Shown in pieces: positions 1-11,849 of a DNA stretch of 64,000 nucleotides. The DNA comes from Octopus vulgaris. Lineage: Eukaryota. Under the pieces are notes generated by a model, which was given only the letters and a program-made list of their open reading frames with translations, ran no database searches and had not been told where the DNA came from. A program made the translations under genes and the position numbers. Position 1 is the stretch's first letter. Each line of letters opens with the position of its first letter. The DNA is taken from the NCBI GenBank assembly GCA_951406725.2, contig OX597836.1, positions 38,502,001 to 38,566,000 on the forward strand. Direction: 5' to 3'.

Positions 1-970
1 GCTATCTATCTATCTCAACACACACACACACATATATTGTGAGAGGTAGAGAATTTTACAATCAGCTCTGTTTTTATTTTGCAGAGATCTCACTTTTGAG
101 GATTGTTCATTGCCAAACATTCTTCAATAACATCACTGATATATATATTGCCTTCTAACCTCAGAATATATTACCTACAACCACTTCTTTTGCTCATACA
201 CTTTATTCTCGATCTTGCTTTTATACACTGTCAGTGATTTCTGAACATTTCGGTTGAAGAATTCTTCATTCCTTTCAAGTAAGGGATCAGTCAACGAAAC
301 ATCAGATTTCTTTTTCTTTCTCTGACATACAAGCTCATCTGAACTCACAAATTTCACTTTATAATTTCTGCTGACACAGTTCACCAATTTCCTTGGATTC
401 TTCTGTTGTACACACACACAGACATACACACATAATTTCTGTTAGACTATATCAGTTAATGAGAGTTACTATACATATTATGTATGTTCCATCTCCGTTT
501 AATAGTCGTGACTGGATGTATATCTTAGTTAATCTAATGGATAATGGATATTTGATATTCAAGAGTCTATTTCTATTAATGGCATATTTCTTGCGTCAAG
601 TAAAGTATCAAAGATATCCTCAAAATTGGACAGGATTTATTTTCACCAATAAAGCTGTTTACAAATAAGAAATATGTCATCTACAGAATACATGCCAAAG
701 AAACATACATCCGCTAAATTCCTGGTGGTGTTGGTGGTGGTCGTCACTGTACCTACATATGCCGGGATTTTGCCGTATAGGAAAGGTCATCAGAAAAGAT
801 AGAGAGGATGTGAGAGAGCAATGCTATATGTCAGAACATCTTTCAGATGTTGTAGACTCCAATCAATAAAATATTCTGTAGATGTATTGAGAGAGATAAA
901 TTACATAATATCATATATAATTGAAAGTATTCATGAAAATAACTTACTAAAGGTGAAATGGGTTAACGTT

Positions 971-2134
971 AAAGATCAGAACTAGGAATTAGTTGTCACT
1001 CTGGGTTAAGATTTTTTACTATAGGCACAAAAATTAAATGCAAACCAAAGCCAGTTCTAACAGCTCTGGCCACCATATAGTCCGTCAGCTGCTAGAAAAA
1101 GAAGCCAAATCTCTCACAGACCATGTTTACCATCTCAAAGATCAGAATTAGGAATTACTTGTCATCCTGGGTTAAGATTTTTTACTATAGGCACAAAAAT
1201 TAAATGAAAACCAAAGCCGATTCTAACAGCCCTAGCCACCATATAGACCTTCGGCTGCTAGACAAAGAAGCCAAATCTCTCACAGGCCATGTTTACCATC
1301 TCAAAGATCAGAATTAGGAATTACTTGTCACTCTGGGTTAAGATTTTTTACTATAGGCACAAAAATTAAATGCAAACCAAAGCCAATTCTAACAGCCTTG
1401 GCCACCATATAGTCCTTCAGCTGCTAGAAAAAGAAGCCAAATCTCTCACAGGCCATGTTTACCATCTCAAAGATCAGAATTAGGAATTAGTTGTCACTCT
1501 GGGTTAAGATTTTTTACTATAGGCACAAAAATTAAATGCAAACCAAAGCCAGTTCTAACGGCCCTAGCCACCATATAGACCTTCGGCTGCTAGAAAAAGA
1601 AGCCAAATCTCTCACAGACCATGTTTACCATCTCAAAGATCAGAATTAGGAATTACTTGTCATCCTGGGTTAAGATTTTTTACTATAGGCACAAAAATTA
1701 AATGAAAACCAAAGCCGATTCTAACAGCCCTGGCCACCATATAGTCCTTCAGCTGCTAGAAAAAGAAGCCAAATCTCTCACAGGCCATGTTTACCATCTC
1801 AAAGGTCAGAATTAGGAATTACTTGTCACTCTGGGTTAAGATTTTTTACTATAGGCACAAAAATTAAATGCAAACCAAAGCCAATTCTAACAGCCTTGGC
1901 CACCATATAGTCCTTCAGCTGCTAGAAAAAGAAGCCAAATCTCTCACAGGCCATGTTTACCATCTCAAAGATCAGAACTAGGAATTACTTGTCACTCTGG
2001 GTTAAGATTTTTTTTACTATAGGCACAAAAATTAAATGAAAACCAAAGCCGATTCTAACAGCCCTGGCCACCATATAGACCTTAAGCTGCTAGAAAAAGA
2101 AGCCAAATCTCTCACAGACCATGTTTACCATCTC
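971..2134. repeat. Tandem array of 7 x 166-bp units
   Basis: Unit start AAAGATCAGAA recurs at 971, 1137, 1303, 1469, 1635, 1801 (AAAGGTC) and 1967; units differ by only a few substitutions. Confidence 0.97.
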
Positions 2135-2574
2135 AAAAATGGAAAGTGTCACGAGAGAATATAATTTCTGATATAAAAAAATACATGATATGGTCACAGG
2201 TGGAAGGTCTAACATAAATAGCAATAATCTGTGAAGGCAGTGCATAATTTTGCTCAGTGTGGAAATCATTATTTTCAAGTTGGTTTAAGTATCATTAATG
2301 TCAGTAGACAGCTCTGTTCTACAAGACTCTAACAAACACAAAATGAGAATATTAAAAGCCTGCATTACAAATGAAGTTATGTGAGATTGATTCTAACTGT
2401 AGGCTAGATATATGTATATGGAAGCTGACACGAGAAGATGTTAGGAAAGTACACCAAATGAATTTCAGGTGAGAATAATATTAATTCACTCAATCGATAC
2501 GTACTAACAACATGGGTAATGTTAAAAGGGGTTGCCTTTTACTTAAAGAACATAAAATTGTTAACAACAACAAC

Positions 2575-2619
<45 letters not shown>

Positions 2620-2621
<2 letters not shown>

Positions 2622-3052
2622 TAATCTTTTCTATTCTAGGCAGAAGGGGAGAAATTTTTGGGGAGGGGGGGGGGGCAGTTGATTAGATTGACTCCAGTAT
2701 GCAACTGGTACTTAATCTATCGACCCCGAAAGGATGAAAGGCAAAGTCGACCTTGGCGGAATTTGAACTTAGAGCACAAAGACAGACGAAATACCATTAA
2801 GCACTTCGCCTGGTGTAATAATAATAATAATAATAATACTTTCTATTATAGGCACAAGGACTGGAATTTGGGAGAAGGGGGATAGTCAATTACAGCGACC
2901 CCAGTACTTGACTGGTTCTTAATTTATTGACCCTGAAACAATAGAAGGCAAAGTTGACCTTGGCAGAATTTGAACTCAGAACGTAGCACCAAATGAAATA
3001 CTACTAAGTATTTTGCTCGGCATGTTAACGATTCTTCCAGCTTGTCACCTTA
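2620..3052 (-). mobile_element. Two tandem degenerate SINE family B copies with (AAT)n tails
   Basis: Reverse complement of the family B core GAGTTCAAATTCCGCCGAGGTCGACTTTGCCTTTCATCC at ~2720-2770 and ~2930-2980. Confidence 0.85.
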
Positions 3053-3381
3053 ATAACAATAATAACAATGCCTTGATGCAGTACCAGGCAGTGACTCTCA
3101 TGGTTTCCGATTTTCATTGATTGGTAGTGTTATCACATACATGTTTTGCCTTGATATAAAAAACGGGCTACAGCAAATATTCTGCTCAATACCACAGATC
3201 TGCTTGTTCTGTTGCTTGACCATAACCAGTTGAGCATGTTCCTTAGTGGCTGATGATATGTGCATCGCTGATCCCAAGCAAAAGTATGGAAGAACATCAT
3301 AGCCATATCTTGAGAGGGATTCTTTGGAGTTCGAATAATCCACCTCTGGAAACATGAGTGTTTTATTCATCATCCTTAAAC

Positions 3382-3432
3382 TATTTGAACCGAATAGTGA
3401 CTGGTGATGAGAAATGGGTTCTTTATAATAAT
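3382..3432 (+). mobile_element. mariner transposase fragment (first catalytic Asp motif)
   Basis: Translates to YLNRIVTGDEKWVLYNN, matching the mariner xIVTGDEKW motif; truncated by a microsatellite. Confidence 0.85.
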
Positions 3433-3435
3433 ATA

Positions 3436-3481
<46 letters not shown>

Positions 3482-3496
3482 TTATTATTATTATTA

Positions 3497-4080
3497 TTAA
3501 AGCAGTGAGCTGGCAGAGTTGATAGTATGCTGGGCAAAATGCTTAACAGTATTTCATCTGCTGTTACATTCTGAGTTCAAATTCCACCGAGATCAACTTC
3601 GCCTTTCATCCTTTCAGGGTCAATAAATTAAGTAACAGTGAAATTCTGGGGTTGATGTCATTGACTAGTCCCCTCTCACAAAACTTCAGGCATTGATAAT
3701 AGAAAGGATCATTATTATTATTATTTGATGAAAACTCTCAGCTTATTTTGCTGTGTATGATGGAAAGTGTCAGCTGACCACAGCCAAGAGATTAAGGTGA
3801 CACATGTTTACTGATCATGCTTCAAGAATCCTACAGAGTACTCTTGCAGTCCCAAGCAATTATTATTAAAGGCAGTGAGCTGTCATAATCATTAGCACAC
3901 CAGGCAAAATGCTAAGTGGTGTTTTGCCCCTTGCTACATTCTGAGTTCAAATTTTGCCGAGGTCAACTTTGCGTTTCATCCTCTCAGGGTCGATAAATTA
4001 AGTACCAGTGAAACACTGGGGTTGCTTATATCAACTAGTCCCCTCCTTGCAAATTTCAGGCGTTGTGCCTTTAGTAAAAA
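3497..4080 (+). mobile_element. Two degenerate SINE family B copies (3497-3715, 3867-4080)
   Basis: GAGCTGGCAGA head, B-box-like GAGTTCAAATTCC and GCCTTTCATCC..GGGTCGATAAATTAAGTACCAG core. Confidence 0.85.
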
Positions 4081-4199
4081 TAATTATTATTATTGTTGCT
4101 ATTGTTTAAAACAGTTTGATTTGATCCCATGTAGCTTGAAGTTTCATAGGCTCCTGTTTTATATGATAATATATGTAAACTCCTACTAAACACATTGAA

Positions 4200-4619
4200 C
4201 ACAGTCGAACAAATTCTACTATATGGGTCAGAAACCTGGATGTTATCAAAGAAGCTTGAGAGGCGGTAGGATGGAACTTACACTCGCTGCCTTAAGAGAG
4301 CTCAAAATCTCCTGTGGAAGCGTCATCCAACCAAAGTACAAATATATAGGAAATTACCACCCGTATCATCTCTTGTGAAAGTTAGAAAAGTCCAGTTTGC
4401 CGGACATTGTTGTAGAGCTGAAAACGAGGTAATTTCTACTCTTCTCCTCTGGAAGCCATCTACTCGCGATACCAGAGGGTGCATACTCTCCTACCATGAT
4501 GTAATCTCCAGGGATACAGGCATCCAGCAATGGGACCTCCGTAATGCTATGGTGAACCATGAAGTCTGGCGTAACATAGTAAATTCTATTGTCTCAACCA
4601 CGGTTGAACATTGATGATG
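4200..4619 (+). mobile_element. 5'-truncated RTE-like LINE (ORF C-terminus)
   Basis: Translates as ..ILLYGSETWMLSKKLERR*DGTYTR..VQFAGHCCRA..LLLWKP..; (TGA)n tail; 12-bp TSD AAACACATTGAA at 4188-4199 and 4620-4631. Confidence 0.9.
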
Positions 4620-5559
4620 AAACACATTGAATGCCTCTTTCTTTTGCTTGTCCACTCACCTGTATACCTATATCTATATATTTGATGTTAGTCTGCACAT
4701 AATGTAATGAGTTTGTCTCATTAATATAGGGTAGAGGGGGTTTACTACATCAAATATCTGACACCTGACTTAATGCTCACAAATATACAACTTCAGTGTT
4801 CAACCATATTGGAAAGTGCTAAATTAGTAATAATACACAGAGCTGCATAACATGTAGTGTAAATAGAGTAATAAAAAAAAAAATTTCACATGTAGCATTA
4901 TTTGCAGGTTAACAAAGATCAGCCAGGCATTATTTAGATACTTAAAGAACAACGTAATTACTGCAAACAAGATGAGGGGAGACAACAGTTGCCAATTACA
5001 AAATTATTATTAAATATTAAACACGCCTATACTAAACATACAAACCCCCAGGAAGGACAAATAAAGCAGATTTCAAATTAGGAAGCAACTGGAATGGTAT
5101 GCGAGTTACACAACAGTCTCATTGATATTCAGTACAATGGATTTACAAATAATTGATTAAGGCAATAAAAGTGAATTAGGACCAGTGTTTGATATGTCCA
5201 CAGAAATATTCTTTGTTGATAGGAGAATGAAAAAGCATTTGGTCCACCACTTTAAAGCATACCTTTCAGAGAGGAGGCTGTTTCTACAATACTTTATGCA
5301 TATGGCAATGAAGTGACTGTATTATCGTAACTAAAAAGCAAAACTTGGCTTCAATTATTATAATTGAATCGTGTTCACAAAGAAGCCTGTTGTTTTAGTA
5401 TAATACTGCTTGTAGGAAAAGAACAATATTTTTAATGTTTTATATAGAACAATCATTGTTGCTGCTTCATACAATATACTATAGCCCTGAGTCAGGCAAT
5501 GCCTTGTGAATAAATTTGCTAGACAGAGACTGTGTGGAAGCCTGTTATGTGTGTATGAG

Positions 5560-5589
<30 letters not shown>

Positions 5590-5592
<3 letters not shown>

Positions 5593-5860
5593 ATTACGTG
5601 ACCGACCAGTCCATCAGATATAGTTACACATCGCTGGTCACAATGCATTCGCATTGTTTTAGCCTTCGAATGATGCCACCCCGCTGGCTAAGCGAGCAGG
5701 CCAACAGAAGAAAGAGTGGTGAAAGAGTACAGCAGGGATCACCACCCCCTGCCAGAGCCTCGTGGAGCTTTTAGGTGTTTTCGCTCAATAAACACTCACA
5801 ATGCCTGGTCTGGGAATCGAAACCGCGATCCTACACCATTGGGCCATTGCGCCACCACAT
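5590..5860 (-). mobile_element. tRNA-derived SINE family D
   Basis: Reverse complement matches the + copy at 61602-61840 (GCGCAATGGCCCA head, TTTATTGAGCGAAAACACCTAAAAGCTCCACGAGGC body). Confidence 0.85.
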
Positions 5861-6113
5861 GTATATATATACATGTATATATATATATATATGTATGTAT
5901 ATATATATATATGTATATATGCATGTGTATATATGTATGTATATATATATATGTATATATGCATGTGTATATATATATATATGTATGTATATATATATGT
6001 ATGTATATGTATGTATATATATGTATGTATATGTATGTATGTATATATATATGTAGATAAATATATATATATATATATATGTAGGTAAATATATATATAT
6101 ATATATATATATG

Positions 6114-6180
<67 letters not shown>
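5861..6180. repeat. Compound (TA)n/(TATG)n microsatellite
   Basis: Read directly from the sequence. Confidence 0.97.
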
Positions 6181-6181
<1 letters not shown>

Positions 6182-6871
6182 AATCAAGGCAAGGAAAAAA
6201 TATATAGGTGTAGATGATCTTTAATTCAAATCCAAGTTCTTGGATTTCAATTAAAGATTTTCTTCACCTATAATTTTTTTTCCTTTCTTTATACTTGATT
6301 TATTGATTTTGCAAATACTGATATATATATGTGTGTGTGTGTGTATATATAAATATTATTCTTTGCTTGGATTGTACCAATGGACTTGGATGTTTCACAT
6401 CCCTTTGAAGGACTTTGATCCTCACCTCCTTTATAGATACACACACACACACACACCGTATTTAAATGTGTATAAGGAATCCTTTTCTGTCAAAATTTAG
6501 GTTTAAAAAAACGAGAGTTTCTTGTACATGGACAACTCCTTACAAAACCTTTTTTTTCCCCAAATTTTAAGCCCTCATAATTACAGGGTTCCTTATATAC
6601 GAGAGTTCCTCATATATGTTAAAATTTGGTATATATGAAAGAGTGCTGAAAAGTTGGTGGCTTTAAGGGTACCATGAAAGGCTTGGTAGGGGCCCAAGCC
6701 TTGGTAGGAGGCAGTAAGACCAAATCACTAATTGATGCAAAGAGATAAACAGTGATTGTGAGACATTCAGGCATCACCCTCAAGGTACAGTGTCCACAGA
6801 AGTGGGTGGGGACAGAGGAAGTAGGAGGGTATGGAAACCTGGAGATGGGGAAATGAATGGGAGGTAGGCAA

Positions 6872-7150
6872 CATCATCATCATCATCATCATCATCGTTT
6901 AACGTCCGTTCTCCATGCTAGCATGGGTTGGACGGTTCGACCGGGGTTCTGGGAAGCCAGAAGGCTGCACCAGGCTCCAGTCTAATCTGGCAATGTTTCT
7001 ACAGCTGGATGCCCTTCCTAACGCCAACCACTCCGTGAGTGTAGTGGGTGCTTTTTACGTGCCACCTGCACAGGTGCCAGGCGAGGCTGGCAACGGCCAC
7101 GGTCGGATTGGTGTATTTTATGTGCCACCGGCACGGAAGCCAGTCGAGGC
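6872..7150 (-). mobile_element. SINE-like family C with (GAT)n tail
   Basis: Begins (CAT)n CGTTTAACGTCCG; contains CTACAGCTGGATGCCCTTCCTAACGCCAACCAC, as in other family C copies. Confidence 0.88.
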
Positions 7151-7959
7151 GAAAAACAAGAAGACACTGAGTGCTTGTAGGTGTGGAGAGACGTGAGAAA
7201 ATATTTCCTACATTTATAAAAATCATGTGTTTGACTATAAAATAAACATGCAAATTATCAATTTTCCCCTCATATTTCCAATATTCATTCTTGCCTCGCC
7301 TTTAATACAATATATAGCTTCTCTAAGCTTCTCTTATAAACAAACACAAAATAAAAATAAAAACAAACAAACAAAAAACAAACCAAATGAAATGTATAAC
7401 AGAAACAAAAAAAAATGTCGTGAAAGTGGTCTATTTTCTCTGATCAGTAATACAGTATTTGACAAAATCAATAAGTTGAAAAAGAAAGAAAATTAAATTA
7501 ACTTATACATTTCACATATTGTTTTTTTTTCTCTCTCTCTCTCTCTTTCTGTTTAATTCACACAGAATAAAGAAATGCAATAAAGCAATTTTAATGTAAG
7601 AAATATAGTTAAAACATTTATGCAAATTATAGAAAAATTATAATTAAAAATAATATTTTGATTACAAATATAATCTCATTTAAATGTTATTCTCTGATTT
7701 TCAGAGATATTTTTCTAACAACTTTCATGTGTCCGGTTCAAAGACTATTTAACAATTAAGATCTAATGAAATTACTGTAAGTTAATGAGTAAGAGCATTG
7801 ATACTTAGGCATAGTAAAGCACTTTCAAATACTGTAAAGAATCCAGTTTGGTCAGTGGAATATAGAGAAATGTTAACAGACTTGTAGTGAAACCCCTCTA
7901 ACGTCTTCATTCTTAATCTTAGTTTGAAACGTGTTAAGAAAGCTTTTAATTAAATGTTT

Positions 7960-8300
7960 CCTATGACCGTGAGTCCGCTGTCCTAACCACTGTGAGTGTT
8001 TATTGAGCGAAAACACCTAAAGCTCCACGAGGCTCCGGCAGGGGATGGTGGTGATCCCTGCTGTACTCTTTCACCACAACTTTCTCTCACTCTTACTTCC
8101 TGATTCTGTTGTACCTGTATTTCAAAGGGCTGGCCTTGTCACTCTCTGTGTCACGCTGAATATCCCTGAGAACTACGTTAAGGGTACACGTGTCTGTGGA
8201 GTGCTCAGCCACTTACACGTTAATTTCACGAGCAGGCTGTTCTGTTGATTCGGATCAACCGGAACCCTCGTCGTCGTAACCGGTGGAGTGCTTCCAATCC
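7960..8300 (+). mobile_element. SINE family D with inverted 5' head
   Basis: 7961-7990 is the reverse complement of the family D head; the body follows in + orientation; TSD AATTAAATGTTT at 7948-7959 and 8301-8312. Confidence 0.85.
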
Positions 8301-8323
8301 AATTAAATGTTTACTTATATTAA

Positions 8324-8571
8324 CCCTTTTACGATGGAAAGCAGATATATCCACATAAAATTTCATTGCTTTCAACTGTGAAAAGCAGTTTTCCATATGA
8401 ATCTATCTTTTGTTGAGGAACGTCATGTTGGAAACTATTTTCTGTTATGTCAAGATATATCAAATTTATTGCGATAAAGAGACTAGCAGAGAACACCAAT
8501 TCTATTTTGGGGGGTAGATATTTGACATCATTACAGGAATAACCATGTAATTTAATTTTGCAGCAAAAGGG
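8324..8571. mobile_element. piggyBac-type MITE
   Basis: TTAA-CCCTTTT ... AAAAGGG-TTAA: terminal inverted repeat with TTAA target duplication. Confidence 0.7.
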
Positions 8572-8606
8572 TTAAAGAAAGATTACATTTTAGAAATATA
8601 TATATA

Positions 8607-8771
8607 GGCGCAGGAGTGGCTGTGTGGTAAGTAGCTTGCTAACCAACCACATGGTTCCGGGTTCAGTCCCACTGCGTGGCACCTTGGGCAAGTGTATTCT
8701 GCTATAGCCTTGGCCCGACCAATGCCTTGTGAGTGGATTTGGTAGACGGAAACTGAAAGAAGCCTGTCGTA

Positions 8772-8829
<58 letters not shown>

Positions 8830-8978
8830 AATAAAACCACTATTAGGCAAATCAAACAATGAAAAACTTAAGCCAATACATAAAATTAATTAATTTATAT
8901 TAATTTAAATATATATCAAAAGTATTAAAAGTTTAATAAAAGATAATGAGTAAAACACTACGATCGTTTCATGGCTGT

Positions 8979-9036
<58 letters not shown>

Positions 9037-9194
9037 CTGTGTTTGTCCCCCTAGCATTGCTTGACAACCGATGCTGGTGCGTTGATAGAATAAGTACTGG
9101 GCTTACAAAGAATAAGTCCCGGGGTCGATTTGCTCGACTAAAAGGCGGTGCTCCAGCATGGCCGCAGTCAAAATGACTGAAACAAGTAAAAGAG
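8607..9194 (+). mobile_element. SINE family A, interrupted in its central (TA)n by a ~150-bp AT-rich insert (8827-8980)
   Basis: Head GGCGCAGGAGTGGCTGTGTGGTAAG..GGTTCAGTCCC, CORE-like ACCTTGGGCAAGTG, tail GACTGAAACAAGTAAAAGAG. Confidence 0.9.
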
Positions 9195-9775
9195 TATACA
9201 TAAAAGTCAAATAGAATGCATTAATATCCGACTGGCTTTAAATTACTGAAAGCACTTTCGTCTCAAACACTTATCATATACATTTTGTTGGTTTGATGTA
9301 TATAAATTACCATCCTTATTGTCATAAGAATTTTCGAGGAGAGAGAGAGAGCGAGAATGAATGAGTAGTAGCTGTGATGAGATAAATAGCAGTGAGGTGT
9401 CCAAATGGTTCCCTCACCTCTCAAGGTATGAAGTGAGTGGAAATAGGTTTGGAGAAAAGAACTAGGAGTGTGAATGGGTGGGTGGGGGTTGCACATTTTA
9501 GGCTAATATTTCTTAAAGACAAACGAAAAAAAATGAGTAAACAAATAAAGCCATAAAATATACACAAACTAATATAAATAGACATTTATATGAGTGAACT
9601 GACACTTTTGACATAAAGATAATTTCTCTTTTGTATTTGTTTGGTCCTATCTCAGACTCCCTTCAACAAAAGTACGGTTAATGGTATTGCAGTTGTGTGT
9701 GATCACATCTTTTGTTTAGACGTTGTTTAACTCAGACTATTTTATGTATTTTCTCCCTTTTTTTTTTAGGTACCA

Positions 9776-10187
9776 GGCATAGGAGTGGCTGTGTGGTAAG
9801 TAGCTCGCTTACCAACCACATGGTTCCAGGTTCAGTCCCACTGTGTGGCACCTTGGGCAAGTGTCTTCTACTATAGCCTCGGGCCGACCAAAGCTTTGTG
9901 AGTGGATATGGTAGATGGAAACTGAAAGAAGCCCGTCGTATATATGTATATATATATATGTATGTGTGTGTATATGTTTGTGTGTCTGTGTTTGTCCCCC
10001 AAACATCATTTGACAACCGATGCTGGTGTGTTTACGTCCCCGTAACTTAGCGGTTCGGTAAAAGAGACCGATAGAATAAGTACTAGGCTTACAAAGAATA
10101 AGTCTGGGGATCGATTTGCTCGACTAAAAGGTGTTGCTCCAGCATGGTGCAGTCAAATGACTGAAACAAGTAAAAGAAAAGAAAAAA
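9776..10187 (+). mobile_element. SINE family A, full length
   Basis: Same head, central microsatellite and tail as the other family A copies. Confidence 0.92.
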
Positions 10188-10412
10188 GGTGTGATTTAAA
10201 GGAAATTTGACTCTTATTTGCAGCAGATCAAACAACCATGTAGCAGCTCCTTCATTAGCTCATATAACATAAATGTTTTATGGGCAGATTAGTATTCAGT
10301 GGTTGGTGTAATTATGAGACATTTGTCTCAGTCAACTTAAGACTCAGTGTGAAGTCTAGAATTCTAATAATTTATCAAAATTATTACACTTCTATAAAGA
10401 AAATAAACAATA

Positions 10413-10735
10413 GGCGTAGGAGTGGCTAAGTGTGGTAAGTAGCTTGCTTACCAACCACATGGTTCCAGGTTCAGTCGCATTGCGTGGCACCTTGGGCAAG
10501 TGTCTTCTACTATAGCCTCAGGCCAACCAAAGCCTTATGAGTGGATTTGGTAGACGGAAACTGAAAGAAGCCCGTCGTATATATGTATATATATATGTGT
10601 GTGAGTGTGTCTGTGTGTCGGTGTTTGTCCCTCCAACATTGCTTGAGTATTTCAAGATATTTTTATATAATTTTGGTAAATATATCTGTTAAAATGAGAT
10701 GTGTATTTTCATTTTTGTGTAGTTTAGATAACAGT
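10413..10735 (+). mobile_element. Truncated SINE family A fused to a Tc1-like 3' terminal fragment
   Basis: Family A sequence to ~10645, then GTATTTCAAGATATTTTTAT..AGATAACAGT, matching 41502-41595. Confidence 0.8.
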
Positions 10736-10753
10736 ATATATATATATATATAT

Positions 10754-10796
<43 letters not shown>

Positions 10797-11849
10797 ATGG
10801 ATAGATATTTAATATTTATTAACAATATATATTTAAAAAATATGTTTTCAATTAAAATAATGTTAGTATGAGAAAATTGTGTTTTCTGTAAATAAAAATG
10901 TGTGAGTGCCATTAAAATATTCCAAATATTTAGTTTAAACATTTTTTTAAAAAATCATTAATCGAAACCAATTCTTATTCAAGGAGATGCTGGTATTATA
11001 TATATTCCTTCTGTATGATCACTTTAACAATACATGGTTCAGACACCCATAACGAATATACATACTGATTATGTAATATGTTGTGCTATTATGCAATTAG
11101 TATTTTATTCATGAAAGAATATATGTAATACCAACTTCTCCATCCTTGAACTTATGTTATATTCCTTAACTAACAAATTCTCTTTCCAATTTCAATTTCT
11201 ATGAAACAGTTTCCTTTAAGGAAATTTACCCACTTCTATGCACTCTGTAAGCCAGCATTTGCCAGAGGACTGACTGAGGTAACCTTTAAGATTTCTGCGT
11301 TCTCTTTATCGATCTAGATAACTCGCTAGCTATTGTCTATCTCTCTGTCTATATATTGGTTTCAAATTTTGGCACAGGGCAGCAAGTTTAGGTGAGGTCT
11401 TAAGTCATTTATATTAACCCGAGTGTTCAACTGGCACTTATTTCATTGACCCTTGAAAGGACGAAAGACAAAGTTGACCTCAGTAGAATTTGGACTCAGT
11501 CACCAATGCTGCTAAGTACTTTGCCCAGCACACTAAGAATCATTTTGCTTGCATTAGTGCCAAAAGACAATCTATATATCAACTTAACATGGATGACTTG
11601 TCAGAACATTAAATACTGCATTATCAACCTTGATAGAAACCACTCACATAGGTACTTGGTGGATAAAAGCACACTCATAGTAGATGAGAATAATTTTTTT
11701 AAGGGCACCAAAACTCCCACATAAGTAAACCTCAGAGAACCAAAGCCTTTAGAATTCAAGTTTCTCTGTCAAATGCAGTGCTTATTTATTCACCAAAAAA
11801 ATCAAAAATCAAACAAAATCAAAATAGATGAACATCAATGAAATTTGTA

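Noticed and set aside
787-792. TGA-TGA as selenocysteine codons
   Set aside because: No recognisable selenoprotein context and no SECIS element that I could identify.
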